The notes beneath the pieces are model-generated. The model saw only the letters and a list, made by a program, of their open reading frames with translations, searched no databases and was not told where the DNA came from. A program made the translations under genes and the position numbers. Positions 9,953 to 20,432 of a DNA stretch of 64,000 nt are shown piece by piece. The stretch comes from an uncultured Anaerolineaceae bacterium (GTDB lineage: Bacteria > Chloroflexota > Dehalococcoidia > Tepidiformales > Tepidiformaceae). Within the stretch, counting starts at the first letter, position 1, and each line of letters opens with the position of its first letter. The stretch covers positions 64,102-128,101 of the forward strand of contig CAZYLL010000007.1 in the NCBI GenBank assembly GCA_964648195.1, given 5' to 3'.

Positions 9953-10576
9953 TCAGGGGCGGTTGAGCGTGGCCCGAACCGCATCCAGGGCCAGTTCGGC
10001 GACGCGCGGCGCGGGCAGGGCGGCATCGACGATGACCCAGTGGCCGGCCTCTGAGCGGGCCTGGAGGAGGTAACCTTCGCGCACTTTCCGGTGGAATTCG
10101 ATCCCCTGGAGTCCGGTCTGGATGGCTTCCGGCTCGCCGTGCTTCCGCCTGAGCCCGGCCTCGGGGGCGATATCGAGGTAGACCACGAGGTCGGGTTCAA
10201 GGCCGCCGGTGGCGGCCGCATTCGCTGTCCGGACGACCACCGGGTCGAGACCGCGGGCGTGAACCTGGTAGGCGAATGTGCTTGGCGCGAAGCGATCGCA
10301 GATGACCGTTTGGCCACGTTCGAGGGCGGGACGGATAACGGTGGCGACCAGCTGGGCGCGTGCGACGAGGAACGCAAACAGTTCGGCCCACGGCACGAGG
10401 GGCTGGTGCAGCAGGCCGCGTACCAGCTCCCCGGCCGGCGTGCCGCCCGGTTCGCGGGTGTGCAGCACGGGGATGCCTTCGGCCTGGAGCCGGTGGACGA
10501 CGGCAAGGGACGCAGTGCTCTTGCCCGAGCCCTCGCCGCCTTCGAAGACGACGAAGCGGCCGCGGTCAGCGCCCAA
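9953..10576 (-). CDS. tmk: dTMP kinase
   Basis: It has the P-loop [14 protein letters not shown] and TREPGGT. The TTG start at 10576 overlaps the upstream stop. The 536-aa track ORF is an artefactual upstream extension. Confidence 0.85.
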   Translation of the reverse strand: MGADRGRFVVFEGGEGSGKSTASLAVVHRLQAEGIPVLHTREPGGTPAGELVRGLLHQPLVPWAELFAFLVARAQLVATVIRPALERGQTVICDRFAPSTFAYQVHARGLDPVVVRTANAAATGGLEPDLVVYLDIAPEAGLRRKHGEPEAIQTGLQGIEFHRKVREGYLLQARSEAGHWVIVDAALPAPRVAELALDAVRATLNRP

Positions 10577-12278
10577 GGCCGCCGCCCGATCCGAGGGGAA
10601 GGATCTTGACTCGCCGCAGCGGCTCCTTCCCGGAGCTGGTGCTATCGAGGTTGTAGCGGGTGGCGAGCTGGTGCTGGACGCGCCGCACGTAACTGTTGGC
10701 AGGCGGGAGCTCGACGGGCCGGCCTTCCTCGATGACTTTCGCGATGGCGTCTTCGGTCTCGCGGAAGACATCGACCATCGGGTCGCGGCGCGGGCTGCGC
10801 GCGCCATCGCCACCGCCCCGGAACTGGAGGAGCGCCTGTTCGAGCTGGAAGGTGCTGTTGCTCTTGACCACGTACATCGGGAGGTTGCGCTCTTCCGCCT
10901 CGCGGAGGGCGGCGGGCTTACTCCGGTAGTAGCTGCGCATGGTGAGCACGGCGTCTGCTTCGGCAACGTCGTCGACGAGCTGCACAGGCACGCCGGTCGA
11001 GCGGATGGCGGTCTCGAGGCGGTTGCGCGGAATGCCAAAGGGGAAGAGGCGCGCCACGCGGCCGGCAGTGCGGCCCGGGGCCGCGGGCGCCTCCCCGGGC
11101 TCTGGTTGCTCGAACAGGTAGCTATCGCGGTGTTCGCGCTCGCGGACGTGGCCGCCGTTGCGGCGGTGTCCAATTTCCCAGGTGGATCGGCCGGGAGGGG
11201 CAGCCTGCTGGGCGCCTGCGCCGACCCTCGCTTCCTCCCGGGCTGAGTCGTCGACGATTTCGATGCGGCCGCCGCGGCCCAGCTGGCGCGTCTCGGGGCG
11301 TGCCTCGTAGCCGCGGAGCATGGCGTCGACGGTATCCGCCACGTTTTTATGGATGCGGACGCGCTGCCAGCTCTCGATTTCGATGACCACGTCGAAGGTC
11401 GGTGGCGCCTTGCGCTCGAGAATCGACTTCTGCGTCCCGCGGCGGCGGGCTTCCTCGTCACCGAGCGTGACCGACTGGATGCCGCCGATGAGGTCGGCGA
11501 GGGTGGGGTTGAGCATGAGGTTTTCGAGCGAGGTGCCGTGGGCGGTGCCAACGAGCTGAACACCGCGCTCGGCGATGGTACGGGCGGCCTGTGCCTCGAG
11601 CTCGGTGCCGATCTCGTCGATGACGATCACTTCGGGCATATGGTTTTCGACGGCTTCGATCATCACCGCGTGCTGGGCGAGCGGGGTCGCGACCTGCATC
11701 CGGCGCGAGCCGCCGATGGCCGGGTGGGGCACGTCGCCATCGCCGCCGATTTCGTTCGAGGTATCGACGATAATGACGCGCTTGTTCGCGTCATCGGCCA
11801 GGACGCGCGCGATTTCGCGGAGCATGGTGGTCTTGCCGACGCCCGGCCGGCCGAGGAGGAGGATGCTCTTTCCGCTGAGGACGAGGTCTTCGATCACGCG
11901 GATGGTGCCGTAGACGGCACGGCCGACGCGGCAGGTGAGGCCGATGACCTTGCCGCGGCGGTTGCGGATGCAGGAGATGCGGTGGAGGGTACGCTCGATG
12001 CCCGCGCGGTTGTCATCGCCGAAATCGCCGATGCGGTCGATGACGTACTGGAGGTCGTCTTCGGTCACCTCATCCCTGCTGAGCACCACTTCGCGCCCGG
12101 GGTAGCGCGCTTCGGGCAGGCGGCCGAGGTCCATCACGACTTCGAGCAGGTCGGACCGGCGTTCTTCGGAGCGCAGCGACTCGACGATGCGCGGGGGCAG
12201 GGCATCGAGCAGGAGGTCGAGGTCGTCGGTGACGATCTGTTCGTTGGGAAGGGGCGTGGCGGATGGATTCTGGGACAC
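10566..12278 (-). CDS. AAA-type ATPase with C-terminal R3H-like domain (Ycf45/SpoIIIAA-like)
   Basis: It has Walker [14 protein letters not shown], Walker B VIVIDEIG, and a C-terminal block [30 protein letters not shown]. Confidence 0.8.
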   Translation of the reverse strand: MSQNPSATPLPNEQIVTDDLDLLLDALPPRIVESLRSEERRSDLLEVVMDLGRLPEARYPGREVVLSRDEVTEDDLQYVIDRIGDFGDDNRAGIERTLHRISCIRNRRGKVIGLTCRVGRAVYGTIRVIEDLVLSGKSILLLGRPGVGKTTMLREIARVLADDANKRVIIVDTSNEIGGDGDVPHPAIGGSRRMQVATPLAQHAVMIEAVENHMPEVIVIDEIGTELEAQAARTIAERGVQLVGTAHGTSLENLMLNPTLADLIGGIQSVTLGDEEARRRGTQKSILERKAPPTFDVVIEIESWQRVRIHKNVADTVDAMLRGYEARPETRQLGRGGRIEIVDDSAREEARVGAGAQQAAPPGRSTWEIGHRRNGGHVREREHRDSYLFEQPEPGEAPAAPGRTAGRVARLFPFGIPRNRLETAIRSTGVPVQLVDDVAEADAVLTMRSYYRSKPAALREAEERNLPMYVVKSNSTFQLEQALLQFRGGGDGARSPRRDPMVDVFRETEDAIAKVIEEGRPVELPPANSYVRRVQHQLATRYNLDSTSSGKEPLRRVKILPLGSGGGLGR

Positions 12279-12281
12279 GGA

Positions 12282-13199
12282 TTACTGCGGGACGGGGAAG
12301 GAATCTCCCGGGACCGCTACCACCTCCTTCAGAGGATTGAGGAGTGCGAGCCTGCGCGCGCACATCAGTCGTACGCCGAGGGCCGGGTAGGCGCGGGACT
12401 CGGCTGCGGCTTCAAGGCCGGGCTGGTGTTCGGCGATGACGACGGCGCCGTGCCGCGGTGCGTGGGCCTCGATGTGATTGAGCGCTGCTTCGACGATTCC
12501 CTCGCCCGGCTCGGCCAGGACGTGGGCCTCGCGTTCGCCGATGCCGGCCCACGCCACAAGGCCCGCGGGGCCATCGAGCACGAATTCGCGGCTTGCATCG
12601 AACGAATCGAGGACGGCGCGGAACTCCTGCTGGGTGGGGGCTTCGTTGCGGCGCACCATTTCGGGCACGGCACGGCAGTACAGCCGGAAGATTGCCTGGC
12701 GGTCGGCGCGGGTGGCTGGACGGAACGCGGTCTCGGCGCCCCTGGCGCTGGTTGGCAGTGCGTAGATGCGTTCCAGCCGGTAGGCGAAGAAGCCGGCCTG
12801 GCGCAGGGCGGCCGCGTGGGGCGAGCCTTCGGCGTAGCGGAGGTAGAGGCAGCGGCCTCCGCGGATGGCGGCCTCGCGCGCGAGGGCTGCGAGGAGGGCG
12901 GCCACCGCTTCGTCATCCTTGGGCCGGGCGATGCGGAGCGAGACCACTTCCCAGCCGGCGCCCCCTGCGAGCCGGCGGGCAACGGCAACACCCCGGTAGG
13001 AGAGGCCCCGGCGGATACCGACGACAGTGGTGCGGGGGACCCGCGGGAGGCGAGTGATGCCGGTGGCGGCGAGCCCGGAGGAAACGAGCAGGCTCTCGCC
13101 GCCGCGGGTAGCAATCACTTCGGTATCGAGCCGGTGGAGCTGCGGCCAGAGGGTCGCCGCGTCGATGGGGCTGAGCGTTTCCGCCCGCAGCTCGCTCAT
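12282..13199 (-). CDS. hypothetical protein, possibly GNAT-like acetyltransferase fold
   Basis: This 305-aa protein has two ~140-aa halves with weak GNAT-like features (AIRGGRCLYLRYAEGSPHAAALRQAGF). The family assignment is tentative. Confidence 0.45.
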   Translation of the reverse strand: MSELRAETLSPIDAATLWPQLHRLDTEVIATRGGESLLVSSGLAATGITRLPRVPRTTVVGIRRGLSYRGVAVARRLAGGAGWEVVSLRIARPKDDEAVAALLAALAREAAIRGGRCLYLRYAEGSPHAAALRQAGFFAYRLERIYALPTSARGAETAFRPATRADRQAIFRLYCRAVPEMVRRNEAPTQQEFRAVLDSFDASREFVLDGPAGLVAWAGIGEREAHVLAEPGEGIVEAALNHIEAHAPRHGAVVIAEHQPGLEAAAESRAYPALGVRLMCARRLALLNPLKEVVAVPGDSFPVPQ

Positions 13200-13816
13200 T
13201 TTACGGGCCCCCCGGGCGGGCCGCCGATGGTGAGGAAGAGCTCGTGGAGGCGGGTATCGCCGGTGAGCTCAGGATGGAATGAGGTGGCGAGGAGGTTCCC
13301 TTCGCGAGCGGCGACGATCGTGCCATCGGGCAGCGTGGCGATGGCGCGAGCCGGGAAGGTCACGGAATCGATGCGGGGCGCGCGAATGAAGACCGCCCGG
13401 AATGGTCCGCCCTGCAGTCCTTCGATGTCCAGGTCTGCCTCGAAGCTATCGACCTGGCGGCCGAAGGCATTGCGATGCACGGAGATATCCATGGTCTCGA
13501 TGCCGGGGCGGTCGAGGCGGTCGACCTTCCTGGCGAGGAGGATGGCGCCGGCGCAGGTGCCCCAGACGGGTTTTCCGCTTGCGCAGAAGTCGCGCAGGGG
13601 CTGCTGGAAGCCGTTGCTGAGGATGAGGCGGGCGATGGTGGTGCTTTCGCCGCCGGGGATGATGAGCGCATCGATGCCGGCGAGTTGCTCGGGCTTGCGG
13701 ATTTCGCGGACGTCGTGGCCCATGGCTTCGAGCATCTCGCGGTGCTCGCGGAAGTCTCCCTGGAGGGCGAGGACGCCGACCGTTTTGCGGCCTGTGCCGT
13801 TGGTGGAAACGTTCAT
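13196..13816 (-). CDS. pdxT: pyridoxal 5'-phosphate synthase glutaminase subunit
   Basis: It has VGVLALQGDFREH, LIIPGGESTT, WGTCAGAILLA (catalytic Cys) and FHPELT. Confidence 0.92.
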   Translation of the reverse strand: MNVSTNGTGRKTVGVLALQGDFREHREMLEAMGHDVREIRKPEQLAGIDALIIPGGESTTIARLILSNGFQQPLRDFCASGKPVWGTCAGAILLARKVDRLDRPGIETMDISVHRNAFGRQVDSFEADLDIEGLQGGPFRAVFIRAPRIDSVTFPARAIATLPDGTIVAAREGNLLATSFHPELTGDTRLHELFLTIGGPPGGPVK

Positions 13817-14002
13817 GAAGCGAGTACCCCGGGCACGGAGGATGGCAGGTGCCCCAGGGGCGAGAGCGGCGGCTGGGCGGGCTGTGGAGCCCGGCGGGGC
13901 TGGTTGTGCGACACCGTACGCAACGTAGTTTCAGTGTAGCGCATCGGCGGCGCGGTGATAGATGCCGCGAGCCGCCGTTGTCCGCCGGAGCCCATACAAG
14001 CG

Positions 14003-14030
14003 CGAGGCGGGGGAGTGTTCCCCCGCCTCG
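14003..14030 (-). terminator. hairpin downstream of etfA (candidate terminator)
   Basis: A 12-bp stem cgaggcggggga/tcccccgcctcg with loop gtgt lies about 30 nt after the etfA stop. The trailing sequence on the minus strand is only weakly T-rich. Confidence 0.45.
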
Positions 14031-14057
14031 TGGCGGCGTGACTGGAAGGACCGCGAC

Positions 14058-15020
14058 TCAGCCGAGCTTCTTGATCTCCTCGATCAGAGCGGGCACGACC
14101 TTCTTGTAGTCCTCGATGATGGCGAACTTGGAGACCTTCACCATGTTCGCATCAGGGTCCTTGTTGATGGCGACGATGTTCTTGGAGCCGGCCATACCGG
14201 CCATATGCTGGCTGGCGCCGCTGATGGCGACGGCGATGTAGAGGTTCGGCGAGACGGTCTTGCCGGTGAGGCCGACCTGCTGGCTCGGCGGGTACCAGCC
14301 GAGGTCGCAGGCGGCGCGGCTGGCGCCGGTAGCGCCCTTCAGCAGGCTGGCGAGCTCTTCCAGCATGGCGAAGGCGGACTGGTCGCCCAGGCCGCGTCCA
14401 CCGGCGACGACGACGGGAGCATCTTCGAGCCGGATGCCGGTGCTTTCGGCCTTGCTGGTTGCGAGGACCTTGACGCGCGAGGCGCCGGCGGCATCGATGG
14501 TGGAGACGGAGCCGCTGCGGCCGGCGTCCGGGGCGAGACCATCGAACGACTTGGCCTTGATGGTGGCGATGGCGGGCGAGTTCTTGAAGCTGACCTCGGC
14601 GCGGGCGTTGCCACCGTAGGCCGAGCGGGTGGCCTTCAGCTTGCCACCATCGAACCGGACATCGACACAGTCCATGGCAACGGCGGTGTTGTACTTGAAG
14701 GCGAGGGCGGGGCCGAGGTCGCGGCCGAGACTGGTCTGGCCGAGCAGGATGATATCGGCGCCGGACTGCGATACCGCAGCCTCGACGGCCGGCAGGTAGG
14801 CATCGACGGTGCCTTCGGCCAGTGCCGGGTTCGTGGCGGCGATGGCGGCATCGGCGCCCAGGGCAATGAGCTCCTTCGCAAGGGCTTCGCTGCCAGCGAC
14901 CATTGCCGTGACGCTGCCCGCGCCTTCAGCGGCCAGCTTGCGGGCCGCACCAAGGAGTTCGGCGGAGATGGGGGCGAGTGCGCCCTCCTGTGCTTCTGCG
15001 ATGACGAGGATTCCAGCCAT
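14058..15020 (-). CDS. etfA: electron transfer flavoprotein subunit alpha
   Basis: It carries the ETF-alpha C-terminal FAD block [31 protein letters not shown]. Confidence 0.93.
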   Translation of the reverse strand: MAGILVIAEAQEGALAPISAELLGAARKLAAEGAGSVTAMVAGSEALAKELIALGADAAIAATNPALAEGTVDAYLPAVEAAVSQSGADIILLGQTSLGRDLGPALAFKYNTAVAMDCVDVRFDGGKLKATRSAYGGNARAEVSFKNSPAIATIKAKSFDGLAPDAGRSGSVSTIDAAGASRVKVLATSKAESTGIRLEDAPVVVAGGRGLGDQSAFAMLEELASLLKGATGASRAACDLGWYPPSQQVGLTGKTVSPNLYIAVAISGASQHMAGMAGSKNIVAINKDPDANMVKVSKFAIIEDYKKVVPALIEEIKKLG

Positions 15021-15038
15021 TCAGTGCTCCTTGGCGTG

Positions 15039-15839
15039 CTAGACGAGCTTGGCGGCGCGCAGCTTCTGGGCGAGGTTGCGGGCCTTCTCTTCGGGGGTGT
15101 CGCCTTCGATGATCTCGACGTTGCTCTCGACCTTCGGGACGTAGAGGGCATCGAGCGTGAGCACGCGGTTGGCCACGCCCATTTCGCCGGCGATGCCGAG
15201 GTCGGCCGCGGACCAGATCTGGACGGTCTTCTTGGCGGCGAGCATGATCTGGCGAAGCTGGGGATAGCGCGGCTCGCCAAACTCGTTCGAGATGGAGACG
15301 ACGGCTGGCGTGCTGACTTCGACGGTCTGGAAGCCATCATCGAGCACGCGCTCTACCTTGAGCGTGGAGCCGTTCTTTTCGATGGCCTTCGCGACGGTGA
15401 CGCAGGGGATGCCGAGGATCTGAGCCACACCGGAAGGCACGACGCCCATATCCCAGTCGGCGGCGGCGCGGCCCATGAGGATGAGGTCGGCGCCACCGAG
15501 CTTCTGGATGGCGGCGGCAAGTGCGCGGGCGGTCTGGAAGTTGTCGATGTCCTCGAAGGCGGGGTCGGTGAGGAGCACGCCTTCATCGGCGCCCATGGCG
15601 AGCGCATGCTTGATGGCGTCGCGGGCGCTATCGGGGCCAAGACTGATGACGGTCACCTTGCCGCCGCCATCGGCTTCGTTGAGGCGGAGGGCTGCTTCGG
15701 TGGCCTGGGGATCGTAGGGGTTCACGACGGGCGCGATACCCTGGGCTGGGATGACCTTTTTCGCTGCTTCGTCGACTTTAAAGGACGAAGCCGGGGTCTC
15801 CGGGTCGGGGATTTGCTTGACACAGACGATGATGTTCAC
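15039..15839 (-). CDS. etfB: electron transfer flavoprotein subunit beta
   Basis: It has the N-terminus MNIIVCVKQIPD and ETF-beta-like sequence throughout, and it lies directly upstream of etfA. Confidence 0.93.
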   Translation of the reverse strand: MNIIVCVKQIPDPETPASSFKVDEAAKKVIPAQGIAPVVNPYDPQATEAALRLNEADGGGKVTVISLGPDSARDAIKHALAMGADEGVLLTDPAFEDIDNFQTARALAAAIQKLGGADLILMGRAAADWDMGVVPSGVAQILGIPCVTVAKAIEKNGSTLKVERVLDDGFQTVEVSTPAVVSISNEFGEPRYPQLRQIMLAAKKTVQIWSAADLGIAGEMGVANRVLTLDALYVPKVESNVEIIEGDTPEEKARNLAQKLRAAKLV

Positions 15840-15998
15840 GCGGCTATTCGGCCTCCTGCGCGTAACCCGGCCCCATTGGGAGTGAGCGCCGGGACAATTC
15901 CACGGGGGTTGGTGGGGCGAACCCGCGGCAGATTACCACAAATGACGAGATTGTGAAATCTCGCACGGATCGCGGGGATGCGCCGGTGGGACAAGCGA

Positions 15999-16802
15999 TC
16001 AGGCGGGGACGGCGGCGCCGAGGAACTCCAGGATGGCGGAGTTGTATTCGTTCGGGAACTCCATGGCGCCGAGATGGCCGCCATCGAGCACCTGGAGTTT
16101 CGACCCCGGGATGAGCTTGTTGAGCTTTTCGGAGTTGCGCGGCGGGACGAGGAGGTCTTCCTTTCCGACGAGGATGAGGGTCTCGGCCTTGATGCCGGAG
16201 GTGCGGGCGGAGGCGTCCCACTGGAGGATGGCCTGGGCCTGGCGGAGGAAGGCGTGATCCTGCTGGGCGTAGGGGTTGCTCACCGAGTTCTGGATGGAAC
16301 GCTCGTAGCGCGGTTCGTCATCGAGGAGTGCGGCGGTGTAGAGGTAGGGTGCGCGGAAGCGGACGATCTGCTCGCGGCTCATGTTCGAGCGCTGGACGTT
16401 GATCCAGTTGCCGAGGACGACGCGGCCGTAGCCATCGATGCTGGCGGCGGTGCCGAGGAGGATGAGGCGGTTTACGCGGGCGGGATACTTGAGCGCGAAC
16501 TCCTGGGCGATGTAGCCGCCCATGCTGAAGCCGAGGATGTGCGCTTTCTCGACCTTGAGAGCGTCGAGCAGGGCCGCGAGGTCATCGGCCATGCCGGAGA
16601 TGGAGTAGGGCTTATCGGGGGCGCTGGTGCGGCCGGCGCCGCGGTTGTCGTAGGTGATGACGCGGAAGTGCTTCGCGAGCGCGGGTGCGGTGAGGGCCCA
16701 GCCCTGCAGGTCGCCACTGAGGCCCATGATGAGGACGAGCGGTTCGCCGGTGCCGGCTTCTTCGTAGTAGGTGATGATGTCGCGCGTCGGTACGTACGGC
16801 AT
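15999..16802 (-). CDS. alpha/beta hydrolase
   Basis: It has the HG oxyanion region, the nucleophile elbow GFSMGG, and a C-terminal GGH. Confidence 0.85.
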   Translation of the reverse strand: MPYVPTRDIITYYEEAGTGEPLVLIMGLSGDLQGWALTAPALAKHFRVITYDNRGAGRTSAPDKPYSISGMADDLAALLDALKVEKAHILGFSMGGYIAQEFALKYPARVNRLILLGTAASIDGYGRVVLGNWINVQRSNMSREQIVRFRAPYLYTAALLDDEPRYERSIQNSVSNPYAQQDHAFLRQAQAILQWDASARTSGIKAETLILVGKEDLLVPPRNSEKLNKLIPGSKLQVLDGGHLGAMEFPNEYNSAILEFLGAAVPA

Positions 16803-16905
16803 GGGAGTTCCTTCAGTTCGAATGAGCGTGAGGCCGCGGGCGGCGAGGGGAGCGCGCGAACCGGGCCGATCCTACCGCGATCCTGCGCTTCGCGCCCGGC
16901 GCGGG

Positions 16906-16911
16906 TAGACT
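16906..16911 (+). promoter_or_regulatory. -10-like TAGACT, 7 nt upstream of ATG 16919 (predicts a leaderless mRNA)
   Basis: Read directly as gGTAGACTcggcggcATG. Confidence 0.4.
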
Positions 16912-16918
16912 CGGCGGC

Positions 16919-17719
16919 ATGCCCTACCTGGAACGGCCGGGAGCGCGCATCTATTACGAAGTCTCGGGGGGCGGGCCGGCGCTGGTGTTCGCGCATGGCC
17001 TCGGAGGGAACCACCTGTCCTGGTGGCAGCAGGTGCCAGCATTCCAGGACCGTTACACGTGTGTGGTGTTTGCCCACCGGGGATTTGCACCGTCGACGGA
17101 GGAGCCGGGCGGGCCGGGAGGGGCAGCATTCGCGGATGACCTGGAAGCGCTCATCGACGAGCTGGGGCTGGAGGATGTGCGGCTGGTGGCACAATCGATG
17201 GGCGGCTGGACGTGCCTTGCGTATTCGCTGCGCCACCCGGGGCGGGTGAGGGCGCTGGTGATGTGCGATACCACGGGGACGCTGAATCACCCGGGTTTCG
17301 CGGCGATATACGCGGCGCGGCCTCCGGGGCGCGAGCAGGCACTGTTCGGACGCGGGATCCACCCGGCGGCGGGCGAGCGGATGGCGGCGGAGCAGCCCGC
17401 GCTGCACTACCTCTACTGGCAGATCAATCACCTGGCGAGCGGGCTCGATAAGGAGGCGTTGCGGCGTCAGCTGGTGGAGATGCGGACGACCCCGCCGGAG
17501 GCGCTGGCGGCGCTACGGATGCCGGTTCTGTGCATCGCGGGCGAGGAGGATGTGGTGATCGCCCCGGAATCGGTGCGGCTGCTTGCCGAAACGGTACCCA
17601 ACGGGCGATTCGTGCAGGTCCCGCGGGCCGGGCATTCGGTGTACTTCGAACGGGCGGACGTTTTCAACGAAGCTCTCGGGGCGTTTCTCGATGAGATTGA
17701 TGGAGGAGGCAGGCGATGA
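16919..17719 (+). CDS. alpha/beta hydrolase
   Basis: It has FAHGLGG, the nucleophile elbow AQSMGG, and a C-terminal AGHS. Confidence 0.85.
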   Translation: MPYLERPGARIYYEVSGGGPALVFAHGLGGNHLSWWQQVPAFQDRYTCVVFAHRGFAPSTEEPGGPGGAAFADDLEALIDELGLEDVRLVAQSMGGWTCLAYSLRHPGRVRALVMCDTTGTLNHPGFAAIYAARPPGREQALFGRGIHPAAGERMAAEQPALHYLYWQINHLASGLDKEALRRQLVEMRTTPPEALAALRMPVLCIAGEEDVVIAPESVRLLAETVPNGRFVQVPRAGHSVYFERADVFNEALGAFLDEIDGGGRR

Positions 17720-18132
17720 TCGGGAATGAGGAGCAGGACGCGTTCGTCCGCTCGATGAAGTGGTGCGTGGTGACCACGTTGCGGAAGGATGGGAGCCCGG
17801 CGACTTCGGTGCTGTTCTACGCAGTGGACGGCAACCAGCTGCTGCTGAGCACGACGAAGGGCCGGCTCAAGGCGAAGACGCTGCTGCGGGACCCGCGAAT
17901 CGCGGTCACGGTACTGGACGAAGGTGCGCCGTACCGGTATGTGAGTATCGAGGGCACCGCCCGGCTCGAAGAGGACAACCTGGTCGCGAACCACACGCTG
18001 ATCAACCGGGCGATGCGGAACGCGCCAGACTGGACACCGCCGGAGGGGTTCGAAGAGCGGCTTCGCAGTGAGGGGAGGGTCGTCATCCGGGTGACGCCGG
18101 GCCGGGTGAGCGGGGTGGTGCGGCGCGGCTGA
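17716..18132 (+). CDS. PPOX-class (pyridoxamine 5'-phosphate oxidase-like) probable F420-dependent enzyme
   Basis: The block WCVVTTLRKDGSPATSVLFYAVDGNQLLLSTTKGRLKAKTLLRDPRIAVTV is typical of the PPOX split-barrel family. Its start forms an ATGA overlap with the upstream gene. Confidence 0.75.
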   Translation: MIGNEEQDAFVRSMKWCVVTTLRKDGSPATSVLFYAVDGNQLLLSTTKGRLKAKTLLRDPRIAVTVLDEGAPYRYVSIEGTARLEEDNLVANHTLINRAMRNAPDWTPPEGFEERLRSEGRVVIRVTPGRVSGVVRRG

Positions 18133-18158
18133 CGCCGGCGGGCGCCCGGGGGCTGCGG

Positions 18159-19418
18159 TCAGTCGGCCCCGGCGGGCACGGGCCGGGCTGAAGATGTGGC
18201 GGCGCCAGCAGAACGAAGGGCGGGGCGGAGCGCGATCACGGAACCGGTGACGGCCAGGGTGGCCCAGGCAAGGATGGGGAACACGAGCGGGAGACCCCAC
18301 ACTTCGCCGGCGGCGCTGGCGGGGAAGCCGGCGAGCATGGACAGGCCCATGGCGAGCGGGAAGAGGCCCATCACGCGGCCACGCATCTCCTCGCTGACGG
18401 TCTGCTGGACGATGGTGGAGGAGGAGACCATGGTGGCGACCATAGCGAACCCAAGGCCGAAGTTCGCGGCGGCGGTGACCAGGACAACGCGCGAGTGGGC
18501 GAAGACGATGGCGCAGGAGGCGAAGCAGAGGACGGCCAGGCAGAGGCTGAGGCCCCGTCCGGCCAGCTCCTTGCGGAAGACGAAGAAGAAAGAGGCGAAG
18601 AAGGTGCCGAGGCCCCAGGTCATCGCCATGAAGCCGAACTGGGTGGTGCTGAGGCCAAGGACCTCGGTCATCCAGACGGGGCCGAGGGTGGCAGGGCCGG
18701 GCATGCCCAGGACCTGGAGGGAGATGACGATGGCGATGACGGCGAAAATCGTGGCATCGCGGCGGGTGTAGAGCAGGCCCTCGCGGATGTTGCCGAGGAC
18801 GCCGGCCGCGCGGTTGGCTTCGCCACGGTTCTGGAAGCGAAGCATGGCGATGAGGGGGACGATGGCAAGCCAGGCGAGGAGCGTCAGCGCGTAGACTGTG
18901 CCGGCATCCATCTGGTCATTGAGGAAGCCGACGAGGGGGAGGGCGAGGGGGAAGGTCACCTGCTGGGCGACCATCTGCAGGGTGATGGCGCTGGGAAGGT
19001 CCTGCATGCCGACAATGGCGGGCGTGGCGGCAGTGCGCGCGGGCTGGTCGACCGCCATGTTGCCGGCGGCGAGGAAGGTGAGGACCAGGAGGATGGCCAC
19101 GTTCGCCTGGCCGAGCGGCTCAAGGATCATCAACAGGGCTACGAGGGCGCCGAGCGCGAGCGAGACGAGCTGGCAGGCCATGAGGACGCGGCGGCGCTCG
19201 TAGCGGTCGGCGAAGGCGCCCCCGAGGAGGCCGAAGAAGAGCATGGCGGCACCGCGGCTGGCGGCCAGGAGGCCGACGAAGAGCACGGAATGGGCGGGGT
19301 AGCGGTCCTGGATCCAGAAGACCTGGGTGAGGAACTGCATGGGCATGACAAAGCTGACCGCCACCGAACCGGCGAAGAGCAGTCGGAAATCGCGGTGGCG
19401 GAGGGCTCCTCGCTTCAT
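18159..19418 (-). CDS. MFS transporter
   Basis: This is a 419-aa protein with about 12 hydrophobic helices and an MFS loop motif near GGAFADRYERRRV. Confidence 0.85.
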   Translation of the reverse strand: MKRGALRHRDFRLLFAGSVAVSFVMPMQFLTQVFWIQDRYPAHSVLFVGLLAASRGAAMLFFGLLGGAFADRYERRRVLMACQLVSLALGALVALLMILEPLGQANVAILLVLTFLAAGNMAVDQPARTAATPAIVGMQDLPSAITLQMVAQQVTFPLALPLVGFLNDQMDAGTVYALTLLAWLAIVPLIAMLRFQNRGEANRAAGVLGNIREGLLYTRRDATIFAVIAIVISLQVLGMPGPATLGPVWMTEVLGLSTTQFGFMAMTWGLGTFFASFFFVFRKELAGRGLSLCLAVLCFASCAIVFAHSRVVLVTAAANFGLGFAMVATMVSSSTIVQQTVSEEMRGRVMGLFPLAMGLSMLAGFPASAAGEVWGLPLVFPILAWATLAVTGSVIALRPALRSAGAATSSARPVPAGAD

Positions 19419-19452
19419 CGGGGGAGTATAGGGCGGCGGCGAGCGGGGTGGA

Positions 19453-20325
19453 TCAATCGCGGGCGAGAAGGGGGAGATAGACGCCGTAGGAAAGCGCCGG
19501 CGGCTGTTCGATTTCGTACTCGATCTGGCAGCCCATCACCTCACAGCCGAGGAGGAGATCGTCGAGGAGTTCGAGATCGATGCGCGATCCGTTGTTAAGG
19601 GTGCCGGAGGCGATGCCCTGGGTGTGGATGCCGACGACCTTTGCGAGGTTCGGGCCATTGGCGAGCGACCAGATTGCGGAGCCGCTTTGCCCGGGCGCGG
19701 TATCGATGTCGTAGAAGAGGCGGAACGGTTCGACGAAGATGAAGGCAGAACGGGAGAGGCCCCACATGGTGCCGCGGGGCTTGTCACCGGGATAGCCGAC
19801 GATGGCGGGTTCGAAGGCGGGGTCGCTCAGGGTGGCATCGCTGAGGACGGCGATGGGCATCCACCCGGCGTACCTCGAAAGGGAGTCATCGGGGAGCTTG
19901 ATGACGCCCCAGTCCCATTCGACAGAGCCTGTTTCAGCGTAGGCGTCGGGCACCCACCAGTCCTCGGCGTAGTCCCAGCCGAAGGGCTCGAAGCCGCCAT
20001 CTTTGCCGGGCACCAGGCGTAAGCCTTCGGCGGCCCAGGTCCCAGAGCCAGCGTCCCAGAGGCAATGGCCGGCCGTGAGCACGGCATCGGGGCCGATGAA
20101 GGTACCGCTGCAGGTGCCGATGGGGTCGTCGAACTCGTCGAGCAGTTCGATGAAGACCATGGCGGAGAAGGGGTAGAGGGTGGTGTCGGGGATCCGGATG
20201 CGCTCATCCTGGCCGATGATGGTCTGGCCGGAGACGGGTGCATCGCCATCACGCGCGAAGGCGATGGCGGGCACCAGGGCGAGGATGGCTACCAGCGGCC
20301 AGGCGGGGAGGCGCAGGCGGGGCAT
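19453..20325 (-). CDS. secreted trypsin-like (S1 family) serine protease
   Basis: It has a signal peptide MPRLRLPAWPLVAILALVPAIAFA, the catalytic His block LTAGHC and the catalytic Ser block GQSGSAIW. Confidence 0.75.
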   Translation of the reverse strand: MPRLRLPAWPLVAILALVPAIAFARDGDAPVSGQTIIGQDERIRIPDTTLYPFSAMVFIELLDEFDDPIGTCSGTFIGPDAVLTAGHCLWDAGSGTWAAEGLRLVPGKDGGFEPFGWDYAEDWWVPDAYAETGSVEWDWGVIKLPDDSLSRYAGWMPIAVLSDATLSDPAFEPAIVGYPGDKPRGTMWGLSRSAFIFVEPFRLFYDIDTAPGQSGSAIWSLANGPNLAKVVGIHTQGIASGTLNNGSRIDLELLDDLLLGCEVMGCQIEYEIEQPPALSYGVYLPLLARD

Positions 20326-20432
20326 GGCGCACAGTCTCGCCGTTGCGCGGCCAGAGCGCGAGGGGCGGACGGTTGGGTGACGCAAGGGTGGCCGGGTATC
20401 CGCCCGGGCGGTGGCATGCCGAACACCACGTT

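Noticed and set aside
9953-11563. A single 536-aa ORF whose C-terminus is thymidylate kinase.
   Set aside because: Only the last ~207 aa look like Tmk. The upstream 330 aa are Ser/Arg/Ala-rich and lie out of frame over the well-supported R3H-ATPase gene. A TTG start at 10576, overlapping that gene's stop, gives a normal-length Tmk. Similar N-terminal over-extensions were trimmed for resB, ubiE, the M20 peptidase, moaC, the quinone oxidoreductase, the LLM gene at 43127, the phosphotriesterase, the ligase, SCO, the ferredoxin and the YbaN-family gene.
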